64,000 nucleotides of DNA. Origin: Pseudomonadota bacterium. Lineage in GTDB: Bacteria > Pseudomonadota > Alphaproteobacteria > Rhodobacterales > Rhodobacteraceae. Each line of letters begins with the position of its first letter. The stretch's first letter is position 1. The translations under genes were made by a program, and so were the position numbers. Below the pieces are notes generated by a model, which made no database searches, had not been told where the DNA came from, and saw only the letters and a program-made list of their open reading frames with translations. Shown here one piece after another: positions 20,047 through 31,057 of this stretch. The stretch is taken from NCBI GenBank assembly GCA_038744785.1, contig JBCDLX010000022.1, forward strand, positions 3,091-67,090. The letters are read 5' to 3'.

Positions 20047-20249
20047 CAGATTCCCTTTTCTGGTCGGTAAATTGTGCCTACCGAAGTCCTGCATATCCAT
20101 CCAATCAAGCCTTCGCGAGTTTTCAAGAGGCTAAACCAATCGATTGCTCGGCATACCATCGTATACATTACCTCCTCTGTTTCGCTTGCGAGAGGGGGGC
20201 GACTGCTTGTAGAGCGTCCCTACCCCTAGGTCCATGCTTGGAGGATTTC

Positions 20250-22937
20250 ATGCCTATTACCGTCGGACAAGACAGTGCGAACACGCGCGCCACCCTGGTT
20301 GCAGGCGGGTCGAGCTATGCGTTCTATTCAATCGCGGCGGCTGAGAAGGCCGGGCTTGGCAGTTTCGCCCGCCTTCCATCGGTCCTGAAGGTCGTTTTGG
20401 AGAACATGTTGCGGTTCGAAGATGGCAAGACCGTCTCGACAGACGACATCAAGGCATTTTCGGAATGGGCCGATCTAGGCGGCCAGAACCCGCGCGAGAT
20501 TGCGTATCGCCCTGCTCGGGTTTTGATGCAGGATTTTACCGGCGTTCCAGCAGTTGTTGATCTGGCCGCGATGCGCGACGGGATCGTAGCGCTGGGCGGC
20601 GACGCCGAGAAGATCAATCCTCTAAATCCGGTGGATCTGGTGATCGACCATTCGGTCATGATCGACGAGTTCGGCAACCCCCGTGCCTTCCAGATGAACG
20701 TGGACCGCGAGTACGAGCGCAACATGGAGCGCTATACGTTCCTAAAATGGGGTCAGTCGGCCTTCGATAACTTTCGCGTTGTACCGCCCGGCACGGGCAT
20801 CTGCCATCAGGTGAACTTGGAGTACCTTGCCAAGACGGTTTGGTTTGACACCGATCAGGCGGGCGAGATGGTCGCCTATCCCGATACCCTTGTCGGAACC
20901 GATAGCCATACGACAATGGTGAACGGTGCTGCGGTTCTGGGTTGGGGCGTCGGCGGGATCGAAGCCGAGGCGGCAATGCTGGGCCAGCCGATTTCGATGC
21001 TGATCCCCGAAGTGATCGGATTCAAACTGACCGGAGCAATGCCAGAAGGGACAACTGCCACCGACCTTGTCTTGAAGGTCGTGCAGATGCTCCGCGCGAA
21101 AGGCGTCGTCGGAAAGTTTGTCGAGTTCTACGGTGACGGGCTGGACAACGTCCCGCTGGCTGATCGGGCCACGATCGGAAACATGGCACCGGAATACGGT
21201 GCGACTTGTGGATTTTTCCCGATCGACGGCGAGACCATTCGGTATCTGAAGCAGACGGGCCGACCGACCGAGATCCTTGAGCTGACCGAAGCCTACGCAA
21301 AGGCGCAGGGAATGTGGCGGGAACCGGGATACGAACCAGTCTATACGGATACGCTTGAACTTGACATGTCGACCGTCGTCCCCGCGATCTCTGGCCCGAA
21401 AAGGCCGCAGGATCACACGCCCTTGTCAGAGGCGGCCCCTGCTTTCGCGAATGTCGTATCTGATTTTCGGGGCGGCGAAGCCGCCAAGTCTGCCCCGGTT
21501 GATGGGGAAGACTACACGCTTCGGGATGGCTCGGTCGTCATCGCGTCGATAACTTCGTGCACCAACACGTCAAACCCTTATGTGATGATCGGCGCGGGGC
21601 TTGTGGCGCGCAAGGCACGCAGCCTTGGCTTGAACCGAAAGCCCTGGGTCAAGACGTCGCTTGCGCCGGGTTCGCAGGTCGTCAGCGCCTATCTCGAAGC
21701 GGCCGGTCTGCAAGAGGATCTGGACGCTATCGGGTTCAATCTTGTGGGCTATGGCTGCACCACATGCATCGGGAACTCGGGCCCGCTTCAACCCGAGATC
21801 TCGAAATCGATCAACGAAAACGATCTGATCGCGACCTCGGTCTTGTCGGGGAACCGGAACTTTGAGGGCCGGATAAGTCCAGATGTACGCGCCAATTATC
21901 TGGCATCCCCTCCGCTTGTTGTCGTCTACGCGCTTGCTGGCGATATGAACATCGACCTCACGAAAGAGCCGATTGGCCAGGACAGGAACGGAAACGACGT
22001 GTTCCTGAAAGACTTGTGGCCGTCGCAACAAGAAATTGCAGAGCTGGTCGAACGGACCGTGACCCGCGAGGCATTCCAGTCCAAATATGCCGACGTCTTC
22101 AAGGGCGACGAGAAATGGCGCGGCGTCGAGACAACGGACAGCCTGACCTACGACTGGCCGGTTACATCGACCTATGTACAAAACCCGCCTTATTTCCAGG
22201 GCATTACAATGGAAACGGGTGAAATCACGTCGATTGAAAGAGCTAAAGTCCTTGCCCTTCTGGGCGACATGGTTACGACCGACCACATCAGCCCGGCCGG
22301 GTCGTTCAAGGACACAACGCCAGCCGGCCAATACCTTGTCGACCGTCAGGTAACCCCGCGCGAATTCAACTCTTATGGCTCGCGGCGCGGAAACCATGAG
22401 GTGATGATGCGCGGAACGTTCGCCAACATCCGGATCAAGAACGAGATGCTGGACGGCGTCGAGGGCGGCTACACCAAGGGTCCCGACGGCAGCCAGATGG
22501 CCATCTATGACGCCGCGATGGCCTATCAGGACGCGGGCACGCCATTGGTCATCTTTGCAGGCGAACAGTACGGCGCAGGCTCAAGCCGGGACTGGGCCGC
22601 CAAAGGCACGGCGCTCTTGGGCGTAAAGGCGGTGATTGCCGAAAGCTTTGAACGCATCCACCGCTCAAATCTTGTTGGCATGGGTGTGATCCCGTTCGAG
22701 TTCACTGGCGGAGATACGCGCAAGTCGCTTGGGCTTACGGGTGAAGAAACCGTATCGATCCGAGACCTCGAGGGTGTTAGCCCGCTTCAAGAAGTGCCTT
22801 GTGAAATCATATACGCGGACGGTACGGTTAAAGAAATCACCCTAAAATGCAGAATCGATACGGCGGTCGAGATCGACTACATCGAGAATGGCGGGGTCCT
22901 GCACTACGTGTTGCGAAATCTGGCCAAGGCGGCATAG
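20250..22937 (+). CDS. acnA: Aconitate hydratase A
   Basis: [49 protein letters not shown]. Confidence 0.97.
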   Translation: MPITVGQDSANTRATLVAGGSSYAFYSIAAAEKAGLGSFARLPSVLKVVLENMLRFEDGKTVSTDDIKAFSEWADLGGQNPREIAYRPARVLMQDFTGVPAVVDLAAMRDGIVALGGDAEKINPLNPVDLVIDHSVMIDEFGNPRAFQMNVDREYERNMERYTFLKWGQSAFDNFRVVPPGTGICHQVNLEYLAKTVWFDTDQAGEMVAYPDTLVGTDSHTTMVNGAAVLGWGVGGIEAEAAMLGQPISMLIPEVIGFKLTGAMPEGTTATDLVLKVVQMLRAKGVVGKFVEFYGDGLDNVPLADRATIGNMAPEYGATCGFFPIDGETIRYLKQTGRPTEILELTEAYAKAQGMWREPGYEPVYTDTLELDMSTVVPAISGPKRPQDHTPLSEAAPAFANVVSDFRGGEAAKSAPVDGEDYTLRDGSVVIASITSCTNTSNPYVMIGAGLVARKARSLGLNRKPWVKTSLAPGSQVVSAYLEAAGLQEDLDAIGFNLVGYGCTTCIGNSGPLQPEISKSINENDLIATSVLSGNRNFEGRISPDVRANYLASPPLVVVYALAGDMNIDLTKEPIGQDRNGNDVFLKDLWPSQQEIAELVERTVTREAFQSKYADVFKGDEKWRGVETTDSLTYDWPVTSTYVQNPPYFQGITMETGEITSIERAKVLALLGDMVTTDHISPAGSFKDTTPAGQYLVDRQVTPREFNSYGSRRGNHEVMMRGTFANIRIKNEMLDGVEGGYTKGPDGSQMAIYDAAMAYQDAGTPLVIFAGEQYGAGSSRDWAAKGTALLGVKAVIAESFERIHRSNLVGMGVIPFEFTGGDTRKSLGLTGEETVSIRDLEGVSPLQEVPCEIIYADGTVKEITLKCRIDTAVEIDYIENGGVLHYVLRNLAKAA

Positions 22938-23326
22938 CAAGCGCGACGAAGGGGTGATTCATAAAGCGGCAGCTTCGTCGCAATTTTGCCGTCGTTTTGG
23001 CCGTCGTCGGGAACAGTGCGCCGTTTCGTGTGGCAAAGTTTCCCAATCGGCATCGACCGGACGAGAAATCAACTGTTTCCTCGCCACAATCGCCGAATTT
23101 GGGCACTGTTTGCCCACCGTTAGTCGTGCGGCACGAAGAGTGATGAGTTTGGGATGCGGCGCCTGCTTCTTTCGCGGTGTCTGCCCTGTCTCTCGGTTCA
23201 TCAACCGGGTGGTTTCGTGTGGTCGACGCGGTGGAGTGTGTGAGTGATGAGTGCTGGTCGCCTATTACGTTGCGTGGCCAAGGCTTACTCGGGGGATATC
23301 ACCTTCCGGCGCCCGGTCCTCTACGG

Positions 23327-23860
23327 TTATTTTGCCGCATCGAGGGCCGGGCGTATCCGTTCTTCCAGCACCCGTTGTGTGATCGGCCCTGCAAATCGCA
23401 GGCGCACCACACCGTCACTATCGACAACAAAAGTTTCAGGCACGCCGTACAGCCCCCATTCGATCCCTGTCCGACCACCGGGATCCGCGCCAATGCCGAG
23501 GTAGGGATCGCCCAGTTCCTTAAGAAACGCCAGCGCCTTAGCCGGATCGTCTTTGTAGTTGATCCCGTAGATCGGCACGCCCTCGTCCGCGAGAATTTCA
23601 AGATTGGGGTGTTCCGCCCGGCAAGGCCCACACCAGGATGCCCAGAAGTTCACAAGCTTGACGCCCGGCTCTTTCAGCGTTGCAAGCTCGAAATCCGGCT
23701 TGGCACCCAAAGGTTCGATCTGCATTTGGGGCGCAATCGCCCCGATCCGGGTCGACGGAAGCGCATCGGGATCCTCGCGCAGCATCCCGAGATAGAAAAT
23801 GGCCGCAAGCCCGGCAAACAATAACGGTGGAGCTGCTACCAAGGGCGATACCTTAGCCAT
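23327..23860 (-). CDS. ccmG: Cytochrome c biogenesis thiol:disulfide oxidoreductase CcmG/DsbE
   Basis: N-terminal TM, NFWASWCGPC, YGVPETF. Confidence 0.92.
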   Translation of the reverse strand: MAKVSPLVAAPPLLFAGLAAIFYLGMLREDPDALPSTRIGAIAPQMQIEPLGAKPDFELATLKEPGVKLVNFWASWCGPCRAEHPNLEILADEGVPIYGINYKDDPAKALAFLKELGDPYLGIGADPGGRTGIEWGLYGVPETFVVDSDGVVRLRFAGPITQRVLEERIRPALDAAK

Positions 23861-24005
23861 TCCGGATTTTCCTTTCCGCCTCTTCAAGGGCGCGCCGCAT
23901 CGCACGGGCCCGTGCGACGCTCGCGGCGACGATGCCGGCAAGAAGTGCTAGCGTCACGCCGTAGGCCAACAGCACCTCGACGGCGTACCTTCCAAGATCT
24001 GGCAT
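23853..24005 (-). CDS. ccmD: Heme exporter protein D (50 aa, not in ORF track)
   Basis: MPDLGRYAVEVLLAYGVTLALLAGIVAASVARARAMRRALEEAERKIRNG; between ccmC and ccmG with overlapping stop/start. Confidence 0.88.
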   Translation of the reverse strand: MPDLGRYAVEVLLAYGVTLALLAGIVAASVARARAMRRALEEAERKIRNG

Positions 24006-24733
24006 CAGGCCGCCCTTTCGCGCAGGCTGAGTGCATATAGTCGGCGTGCCCGGATTTCAGTCGCCGTCCGGTAAAACACCAACGCCACAAACAAAAGGAC
24101 AAACCCCGCAATTGCAACAAGCGCAGGGTACCAAAACACGTCCGCCACGTTCTCCTCCTTGTCCAGGGACAAAGATGCACCCTGGTGCAAACCCTGGTTC
24201 CAAAGAAGAACCGCGTATCTCGACAAGAGCGCAAAAACCGATCCGACCAAGCAAAGAACACTTGTCAAATCGGCCGCCGTATCCGGGTCCTCAATCGCAG
24301 CCCAAAGCGCCATGTAGCCCAGGTAGAAAAGAAAGAGGATCAAGAAAGACGTCAGCCGTGGGTCCCACTCCCACCACGTTCCCCACATTGGCTGACCCCA
24401 GATTGCGCCTGTCAGTAGCGCAATGACCGTAAAAGTCGCGCCCACCGGGGCGGCTGCCTTGGCGGCAAGCGCTGATACGTGGTGCCGCCGGATCAACCAA
24501 ACAAGCGACGCGATCAGCATCATCGCCCAAGCGTTGATCGCCATCATTGCAGACGGGACATGAATGAAGAAGATCTTGACGGTCGACCCCATGCGAAAAT
24601 CGTCGGGTGTCAAAAAGAACCCCCAGAAAAGCCCAACGGTCAGAAAAAGGGCAGACGCCGCAAACGCCCACGGAACCACCTGATCGGCAAGTCCCATGAA
24701 ACGACGCGGATTCGCAAATTCCCAAAACGACAT
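24005..24733 (-). CDS. ccmC: Heme exporter protein C
   Basis: FIHVPSA, WGQPMWGTWWEWDPRLTS Trp-rich motif, GLHQG. Confidence 0.95.
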   Translation of the reverse strand: MSFWEFANPRRFMGLADQVVPWAFAASALFLTVGLFWGFFLTPDDFRMGSTVKIFFIHVPSAMMAINAWAMMLIASLVWLIRRHHVSALAAKAAAPVGATFTVIALLTGAIWGQPMWGTWWEWDPRLTSFLILFLFYLGYMALWAAIEDPDTAADLTSVLCLVGSVFALLSRYAVLLWNQGLHQGASLSLDKEENVADVFWYPALVAIAGFVLLFVALVFYRTATEIRARRLYALSLRERAA

Positions 24734-24777
24734 GACTGCTAACTAGGATGCTGCGGCGCGCGGCTCAAGTCACCGCC

Positions 24778-25434
24778 TCAGCGCAGATTGACGCGGAGCG
24801 CGGCGGCAGCGGCAAATGGCAGGATCGCAGCCGCCGCCAGCGAGATCGCCGCAAGGAGCGCCAGGGCAGTTCCAGCCGCAAGCCCCTCTGCACCAACCCG
24901 CGCCGCCTCGGCCCCAAAGATTAAGGTCGGAACGTAGAGTGGAAGGACAAGAAGCGACAGAAGAAGCCCCCCGCGCCTGAGGCCCACTGTCAGCGCCGCC
25001 CCAAATGCCCCGATTATTGATAGCGCTGGCGTGCCCAGAAATAACGAGAGCGTCAGCCAGCCAAAGGCATTTGGAGCAAGATTTAGAAGAACGCCCAAAG
25101 CTGGCGCCGCAAGCGTAAGCGGCAGACCTGTCGTTACCCAGTGCGCAGCAGCCTTGGCAGCCACCACGGCCTCAAGCGGGATCGGTGCTGTTGCGAGCAC
25201 GTCAAGCGATCCATCGTCCCGATCCAGCGCGAACAGCCGATCAAGCGACAGAAGGCAAGCCAAGAGCGCACCGATCCACAAAATGCCGGGGGCAATGGCG
25301 CGCAATAACGACGTCTCTGGGCCAACAGCAAACGGCACCAGCGTGACCACGATCAAGAAAAACACGAGCGCCAGCCCGAAGCCCCCGCCCGCCCGAATCG
25401 CAAGCCGCAGATCGCGCCAGAAAACGGCGCTCAT
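24778..25434 (-). CDS. ccmB: Heme exporter protein B
   Basis: [34 protein letters not shown]. Confidence 0.95.
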   Translation of the reverse strand: MSAVFWRDLRLAIRAGGGFGLALVFFLIVVTLVPFAVGPETSLLRAIAPGILWIGALLACLLSLDRLFALDRDDGSLDVLATAPIPLEAVVAAKAAAHWVTTGLPLTLAAPALGVLLNLAPNAFGWLTLSLFLGTPALSIIGAFGAALTVGLRRGGLLLSLLVLPLYVPTLIFGAEAARVGAEGLAAGTALALLAAISLAAAAILPFAAAAALRVNLR

Positions 25435-26051
25435 GCGAAGGCCCCTTCAAAAGGATCGGACGCGACCGCCCGTCCCTTCGGACGATAGAATTCCAGCTGA
25501 AGCGTTTCCGCATCTATCTCAAGGTCGGTGTGGGTCGCGATGATCGCTGAACCACCCTGCCCCAGATGCGCACGAACCATGCCGCCAAACTGCGCAACGG
25601 CGCGGTCGTCAAGCGAAACGGTCGGTTCATCCAGAAGCCAAACCGGTCGCCCGGTGACCGCCAGCCGCGCAAGACCCAGTCGCCGCTTTTGCCCCGCCGA
25701 CAGGTTTTGGACCGGACGGTGCCTTAAGGAGCCAAGGTCAAACGCCTCGATCGCGGGGCCGATGTCGCTTGCACCAAACATCCCCGCCCAGAACCTAAGG
25801 TTCTCTTCTGCCGTCAGTGTGCCTTTCAGCGCGTCCGCATGGCCGGCATAGGCCATCGCGTCGGGTTCTGCAGTAACCTCCCCGGCATCAGACGGCTGCA
25901 ATCCGGCCAATGTACGCAAAAGCGTCGTCTTACCGGATCCGTTCGGCCCGCGAAGGATAAGCGCAGCACCCGGCTCTAGCGCGAAGGACATGCCCTCGAG
26001 CACGCGGATGCCGCCCCGGCTGCAGGAAAGATCTGTCACGGTCAAGGCCAT
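25431..26051 (-). CDS. ccmA: Heme exporter ATP-binding protein A
   Basis: [24 protein letters not shown]. Confidence 0.95.
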   Translation of the reverse strand: MALTVTDLSCSRGGIRVLEGMSFALEPGAALILRGPNGSGKTTLLRTLAGLQPSDAGEVTAEPDAMAYAGHADALKGTLTAEENLRFWAGMFGASDIGPAIEAFDLGSLRHRPVQNLSAGQKRRLGLARLAVTGRPVWLLDEPTVSLDDRAVAQFGGMVRAHLGQGGSAIIATHTDLEIDAETLQLEFYRPKGRAVASDPFEGAFA

Positions 26052-26094
26052 TGGGTCTGGGTAACGTCAAGCCAAGCCGGGGGAAAGCCGGTTC

Positions 26095-26448
26095 TCAGAC
26101 TGGGATAAGCGCAAGACCAACGCGACGGCCTTCGCTCAAAAGAATGTTGTAAGTCCGGCAGGCCGCCGGCGAGTTCATGACATCGACTCCAATCCCAGCC
26201 GCGTCCAAAGCGTCCCGTAGACCGGGCGGTACCTGCGCAATCTCGGCCCCCGTGCCGACAAAGATGACGTCGAGCGCGCCTTTGGCAGCCAACAGAGTAT
26301 TGGTGTCATCATACCCACCCCAAGGCACCACACCCGACGGCAGAACGGCTATTGCACCCTGATGCGCCGTGCCTCCGATCCGGAAAAACCCAGGGCCGTA
26401 CCCATCGACGGGCATCGCATTCGTGTAGGTGATTTCGTTCAGACGCAT
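26095..26448 (-). CDS. Mth938-like domain protein
   Basis: DGYGPGFFR, FVGTG, MNSPAACRTYNILLSEGRRV. Confidence 0.9.
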   Translation of the reverse strand: MRLNEITYTNAMPVDGYGPGFFRIGGTAHQGAIAVLPSGVVPWGGYDDTNTLLAAKGALDVIFVGTGAEIAQVPPGLRDALDAAGIGVDVMNSPAACRTYNILLSEGRRVGLALIPV

Positions 26449-26458
26449 AGGCTGGACC

Positions 26459-27199
26459 CTAGTCCCAAACCGGCAAGCCGGAAAGTGCGGAGGCTGCGAT
26501 GATCGCATAGGCGATCCCGCGATAAACACGCTCCTGCCCCGGACGGAACAGCCACGCCCCGATGACATTTCCCAAAAGGCTCGGCGCGACCAGAACACAT
26601 CCCAGAAGAACAGCACCTACCTCCAGCCGCCCGATCAGCGCCAGAACCGGCAAGTACACGACATCGGTCAGGATCAAATATAGTAGCGTATTGGCCCGTA
26701 TCACTTGCACCGGCAAGGGACTGGCCATGTAAAGAAGGATCACAGGCGGCCCGGGCAGGCCCGCGATCCCCATCAGCACGCCGCCCAAGCCGCCAGTTCC
26801 AAAGATCATCGGCCTCGTAAGGGTTCCGCGATATCGCAGCCCTGAAATCAGGCACACCAGAAGCAATAGCGCGATGCCTGACACTGCGTATCGAAAGAAA
26901 ACTGGCGAGGCGAGAGACAGCAAGTAAAGACCAATCGGCAACCCGATGATCAGTCCGCCGGTCAAGCGCAGGACATCGGCCCGGTGCCCTTCGCGCAGGG
27001 CACGCGGAACCGTTGGCAGCGGCGCAATCAGATCGAAAACCACCAGTGTCGTGATCGCAGCGAAGGGTGACAGAAACTGACCTGCGACCGGCAGATAGAT
27101 CATCGCCGTCCCAAACCCCGAGAAACCACGCACCAGCCCTGCAACGAAGGCTGCCGCTACCAGAAGCCACAGGTCGGGTCCGGTCGCGGCAAGTGTCAT
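26459..27199 (-). CDS. TauE/SafE-family exporter
   Basis: GLVRGFSGFG, G..GLPGPPVIL, about 8 TM segments. Confidence 0.85.
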   Translation of the reverse strand: MTLAATGPDLWLLVAAAFVAGLVRGFSGFGTAMIYLPVAGQFLSPFAAITTLVVFDLIAPLPTVPRALREGHRADVLRLTGGLIIGLPIGLYLLSLASPVFFRYAVSGIALLLLVCLISGLRYRGTLTRPMIFGTGGLGGVLMGIAGLPGPPVILLYMASPLPVQVIRANTLLYLILTDVVYLPVLALIGRLEVGAVLLGCVLVAPSLLGNVIGAWLFRPGQERVYRGIAYAIIAASALSGLPVWD

Positions 27200-27227
27200 C
27201 GGGGGGCTCGGTCTGCCATAAAGGCTT

Positions 27228-27983
27228 CTAACCGGCCGCCCCGCGTAGGCCCAGCGCAATCGCGACCGCTATCAGCGCATAGGCGACCGCGCGATACAGC
27301 GCCTCGCGACGCGGATCGAACAGGGCCCGCCCTGCCAACCCTCCAGCCGCATAGGCCGGCAACAGCATCGCGCCAAGCCAAAGCGCGTGTCCCGTGATCA
27401 GTCCCTGCAGCGCCATCTGTGGAACGACAAGCAGACTTCCGAGCGTCAGGAACACCAGCGTGTTGGCCCGCATTCTTGCAGCCCCTCCCCCTGCGGCAAG
27501 GTTGAACAGGATAACCGCAGGCCCCAACAGACCCGTCGCGCCGCCTAGAACACCCGCGAGCCCCGCAACGCCGACCGAAGCCCGAATCCCCGGACGCACC
27601 GACAGCCTAACCCCCGCGATCAGGACCAGAAGCGTCAGCGCCGCTAGCCCTGAGACCGCGAACTGCGTGGTTCTTGGATCTACCGTCCGCAACACCCAGA
27701 TCCCAACCGGCAACGTCAAAGTCGCGGCCAGAGCCATATACACAGTTTCCCGCCGGTCGCATTCGCCCCAAGCCCTAGGAACAAGGGTGACAAGCGAAGA
27801 CAGTGCAGACAGCGCAAACGCCGCGATTGCTGTTGCCGGATCGATCAGCACTGTTGCTATCGGAAGAAAAATCAGACCCGCGCCAAAACCCGCAAAGCCG
27901 TAAACGACCCCAGCGGCGAAGGTCGCAGCCAGAAGAAGCGGCAAATGCGGCAGCGCAAGCGCGGCCGCGAAGGCTTCAGGCAT
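27228..27983 (-). CDS. TauE/SafE-family exporter (tandem paralog)
   Basis: AGVVYGFAGFG, G.TGLLGPAVIL, MRAN motif; start overlaps secF stop. Confidence 0.85.
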   Translation of the reverse strand: MPEAFAAALALPHLPLLLAATFAAGVVYGFAGFGAGLIFLPIATVLIDPATAIAAFALSALSSLVTLVPRAWGECDRRETVYMALAATLTLPVGIWVLRTVDPRTTQFAVSGLAALTLLVLIAGVRLSVRPGIRASVGVAGLAGVLGGATGLLGPAVILFNLAAGGGAARMRANTLVFLTLGSLLVVPQMALQGLITGHALWLGAMLLPAYAAGGLAGRALFDPRREALYRAVAYALIAVAIALGLRGAAG

Positions 27984-28944
27984 CGACGTTCGCGTACTGG
28001 TTTCCTGCGTTGGCGTCAGGCTTCGACCAATCGCGCTTCACGCCAAGGAAAAGCAGGATCGCCGAGGCGACGAACACCGACGAATAGGTGCCGACGATCA
28101 CACCCCAGATCATGGCGAACACGAACCCGCGGATCACGTCGCCGCCCAGAACGTACAGCGACACCAGTGCCAGGAGGGTCGTGACCGAGGTCATGACAGT
28201 TCGCGACAGGGTTTCATTAATTGACAGCGAAAGCACCTCTTTGAGGTCCTTTTTCTTGTATTTGCGAAGGTTCTCGCGAACCCGGTCGAACACAACGACG
28301 GTGTCGTTCAACGAATAGCCCACAATGGTCAGAAGCGCCGCGATGATCGCAAGATCGAACCGGATCTGAAGAAGCGAGAATATCCCAATGGTCAGCACGA
28401 TATCATGCACAAGGGCGGCCACAGCACCCAGCGAAAACTGCCATTCGAATCGAAGCCAGATGTAGACAAGGACCGCGCCAATCGCGAGCAGGACGGCAAG
28501 GATCGCTGTTTGGACCAACTCGCCCGAGACCTTTGGACCCACGGATTCCACCGCGGGGAATGTGATTGACGGATCAAACGTTTGAAGCGCCGTTTCAACA
28601 GCAAGCACCGTGTCAGCCGACACGCTTTCATCGCCCGCCTGCGCCTGAATGCGGATCATGGCGACATTTTCGTCCGGCCCAAACGTTGGATCGAAAACCT
28701 CGGTGATCGAGACATCGCCCAGATCAAGCGGCGCTATTGCGTCGCGGTATGCGCCGACATCGACGGCTTGCGTCGATTCCGTTCGGATCGTGGTGCCGCC
28801 CCTAAAATCGATGCCGAAATTCAGCCCGACAATCAGGAAGATAAGAACCGAACCGATCATCGCGGCGATTGACGCACCGAACGTTGCCCGCCAGTAACGG
28901 AAAAAATCCCAGCTCGTTTGTTTCGGGACCAGGCGCAGGCGCAT
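27976..28944 (-). CDS. secF: Protein translocase subunit SecF
   Basis: GIDFRGG, GYSLNDTVVVFDRVRE, TLSRT, GTYSS. Confidence 0.97.
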   Translation of the reverse strand: MRLRLVPKQTSWDFFRYWRATFGASIAAMIGSVLIFLIVGLNFGIDFRGGTTIRTESTQAVDVGAYRDAIAPLDLGDVSITEVFDPTFGPDENVAMIRIQAQAGDESVSADTVLAVETALQTFDPSITFPAVESVGPKVSGELVQTAILAVLLAIGAVLVYIWLRFEWQFSLGAVAALVHDIVLTIGIFSLLQIRFDLAIIAALLTIVGYSLNDTVVVFDRVRENLRKYKKKDLKEVLSLSINETLSRTVMTSVTTLLALVSLYVLGGDVIRGFVFAMIWGVIVGTYSSVFVASAILLFLGVKRDWSKPDANAGNQYANVDA

Positions 28945-28947
28945 CTG

Positions 28948-30609
28948 TCAGACCTCGATCGTCTTGGGGCGGCGGCGCTCGAACCACATCACAACCATCA
29001 GGCGGGTGAGGAAGATCGCCGTGAAGACCGAGGTCAGAATACCCAGGCCCAGCGTAACCGAGAACCCGCGCACAGGCCCCGAACCGACGGCAAACAGGAT
29101 CGCCGCTGTAATGAAAGTGGTGATGTTGGCGTCCAGAATGGCGCTCAGCGCCTTTTCGTAGCCAAGCTCAATGGCCCGCGCTGGACCTTTCGCGGTCTTT
29201 AGCTCTTCGCGTATTCGTTCAAACACGAGCACATTCGCGTCAACCGCCATACCAATCGTCAGAACGATCCCGGCGATCCCCGGCAGCGTCAACGTGGCGC
29301 CGATCAGCGACAGAAGCCCAAAGATCATAGCAACGTTCAGGATCAGCGCGATGTTCGCGAATATCCCGAAAAGCCCATAGCTCAGCCCCATAAACACAAG
29401 AACGGCCGCAAAGGCCACGATGCAGGCAATCCGTCCTGCGTCGATGCTGTCCTGTCCAAGCTCTGGACCGATAGTCCGTTCCTCGAGGAAAATAAGCTCA
29501 GCCGGTAGCGCGCCAGCGCGCAAAAGTACCGCCAGGTTCGTCGATTCCTCGATGGTGAAGTTCCCGGTAATAATCCCCGATCCACCGGGAATATGGGATT
29601 GGATCACGGGCGCCGAGATCACCTCTTCGTCCAAGACAATTGCAAACGGAGAACCGATGTTTTCAGCTGTGTAATCCCCGAACTTTCGCGCGCCGGACGG
29701 ATTGAACCGGAACGTCACGGCAGGCCGGCCGTTCTGATCGAAGCTCGGTTGCGCGTCGGTGAGTTCCTCTCCGGTCACGACCGGTGTACGCTCAAGCTGA
29801 TAGAACGCGCCCGGTTCGTCGATAGATGGCAGCGTGATCGACCGGCCGCCTGCCACGTCATCTGCTGACGAGGCACGACCCACCACAGGGTTAAACGTCA
29901 ATTGCGCCGTCGTTCCGATCAGCGCTTTCAATTCGGCGGCCGAACCCACGCCCGGCACCTGGATGAGGATCCGGTCGGTGCCCTGACGTTGGATCGTGGG
30001 TTCACGTGTGCCCACCTCGTCCACGCGGCGACGGATGATCTCAAGCGATTGACGGATCGTCCGGTCGTCTGTCGCGCGCTTTTCCTCGTCCGTCAGGCTC
30101 ACAACGAGCGTGTCTCCCTGGCCGGCGACCTGAATGTCGGTCGATCCAATACCTGTCAATGACACCACGGGCTGCGCCAACCCGCGCGCAATTTCGACGG
30201 CACGACGTAATCCATCGGGCTGCGAGATCCTGATACGCAATTCGTCGACAGGGCCGTCTTGCCGGCGGATCGTGCCCACCTCATCGCGCGCCTCGCGAAG
30301 CGCGTCCCGCACCTCGGGCCAAAGCGCATCCATTCGTCCTTCATACACATCTTCAACCTGCACTTCGGCCAAAAGATGCGCGCCGCCGCGCAGATCAAGT
30401 CCGAGGTTTACAAGTGATGAGGGAAGGAACTCCGGCCACCCTGACCGCGCCTCTAAACGTTCAGGCGTCTCGCCCAGAACCTCAATCTCGGCCACCGCGT
30501 CATTGTGCTGTTCGACCTTGGTATAAAACGCATTGGGCATCGCCATAAGCAGCCCAGCCGCGACGACGCACCAAATAAGAATCCGCTTCCAGAGATCTAT
30601 CTGAAGCAT
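28948..30609 (-). CDS. secD: Protein translocase subunit SecD
   Basis: LGLDLRGG, RRVDEVGTREP, GMAVDANVLVFERIREE, DANITT. Confidence 0.97.
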   Translation of the reverse strand: MLQIDLWKRILIWCVVAAGLLMAMPNAFYTKVEQHNDAVAEIEVLGETPERLEARSGWPEFLPSSLVNLGLDLRGGAHLLAEVQVEDVYEGRMDALWPEVRDALREARDEVGTIRRQDGPVDELRIRISQPDGLRRAVEIARGLAQPVVSLTGIGSTDIQVAGQGDTLVVSLTDEEKRATDDRTIRQSLEIIRRRVDEVGTREPTIQRQGTDRILIQVPGVGSAAELKALIGTTAQLTFNPVVGRASSADDVAGGRSITLPSIDEPGAFYQLERTPVVTGEELTDAQPSFDQNGRPAVTFRFNPSGARKFGDYTAENIGSPFAIVLDEEVISAPVIQSHIPGGSGIITGNFTIEESTNLAVLLRAGALPAELIFLEERTIGPELGQDSIDAGRIACIVAFAAVLVFMGLSYGLFGIFANIALILNVAMIFGLLSLIGATLTLPGIAGIVLTIGMAVDANVLVFERIREELKTAKGPARAIELGYEKALSAILDANITTFITAAILFAVGSGPVRGFSVTLGLGILTSVFTAIFLTRLMVVMWFERRRPKTIEV

Positions 30610-30618
30610 GAAACGCCC

Positions 30619-30945
30619 TTACGAGGCAGGTTCAGTCTTGGACAGAACCTGAGCGACAGTGCTACGCACCACACGGACCTTGACGCCTTCGGCGAGCTCG
30701 ACCTCAATCTCATTGGCATCGTCATCCTTGACCTTGGTGACCTTACCGATCAGCCCGCCTTGCGTGACAATCTGGTCGCCCCGACGCAAGGCCGCAACCA
30801 TCGCGTTGTGTTCCTTCACCTTCTTTTGCTGTGGGCGGATGAGAAGGAAATACATGATCGCGAAGATAAGGATCAGTGGAATGAAACTGCCAAGGGCGCC
30901 TGCGCCTCCCCCGGCCGCTTGCGCAAAGGCAGGCGTTGCAAACAT
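30619..30945 (-). CDS. yajC: Preprotein translocase subunit YajC
   Basis: MYFLLIRPQQKK, LRRGDQIVTQGGLIG. Confidence 0.95.
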   Translation of the reverse strand: MFATPAFAQAAGGGAGALGSFIPLILIFAIMYFLLIRPQQKKVKEHNAMVAALRRGDQIVTQGGLIGKVTKVKDDDANEIEVELAEGVKVRVVRSTVAQVLSKTEPAS

Positions 30946-31057
30946 ATCTCTACCCCGTTTGTCCGGGGCTTCGTCTGCCCCCGTTCTCGTCGGCTCGGGT
31001 TCTATCTGTGGTGCCGGGTCTTGGCAAGCAAGCCGATGACAGCGATATCTTTTGCTA

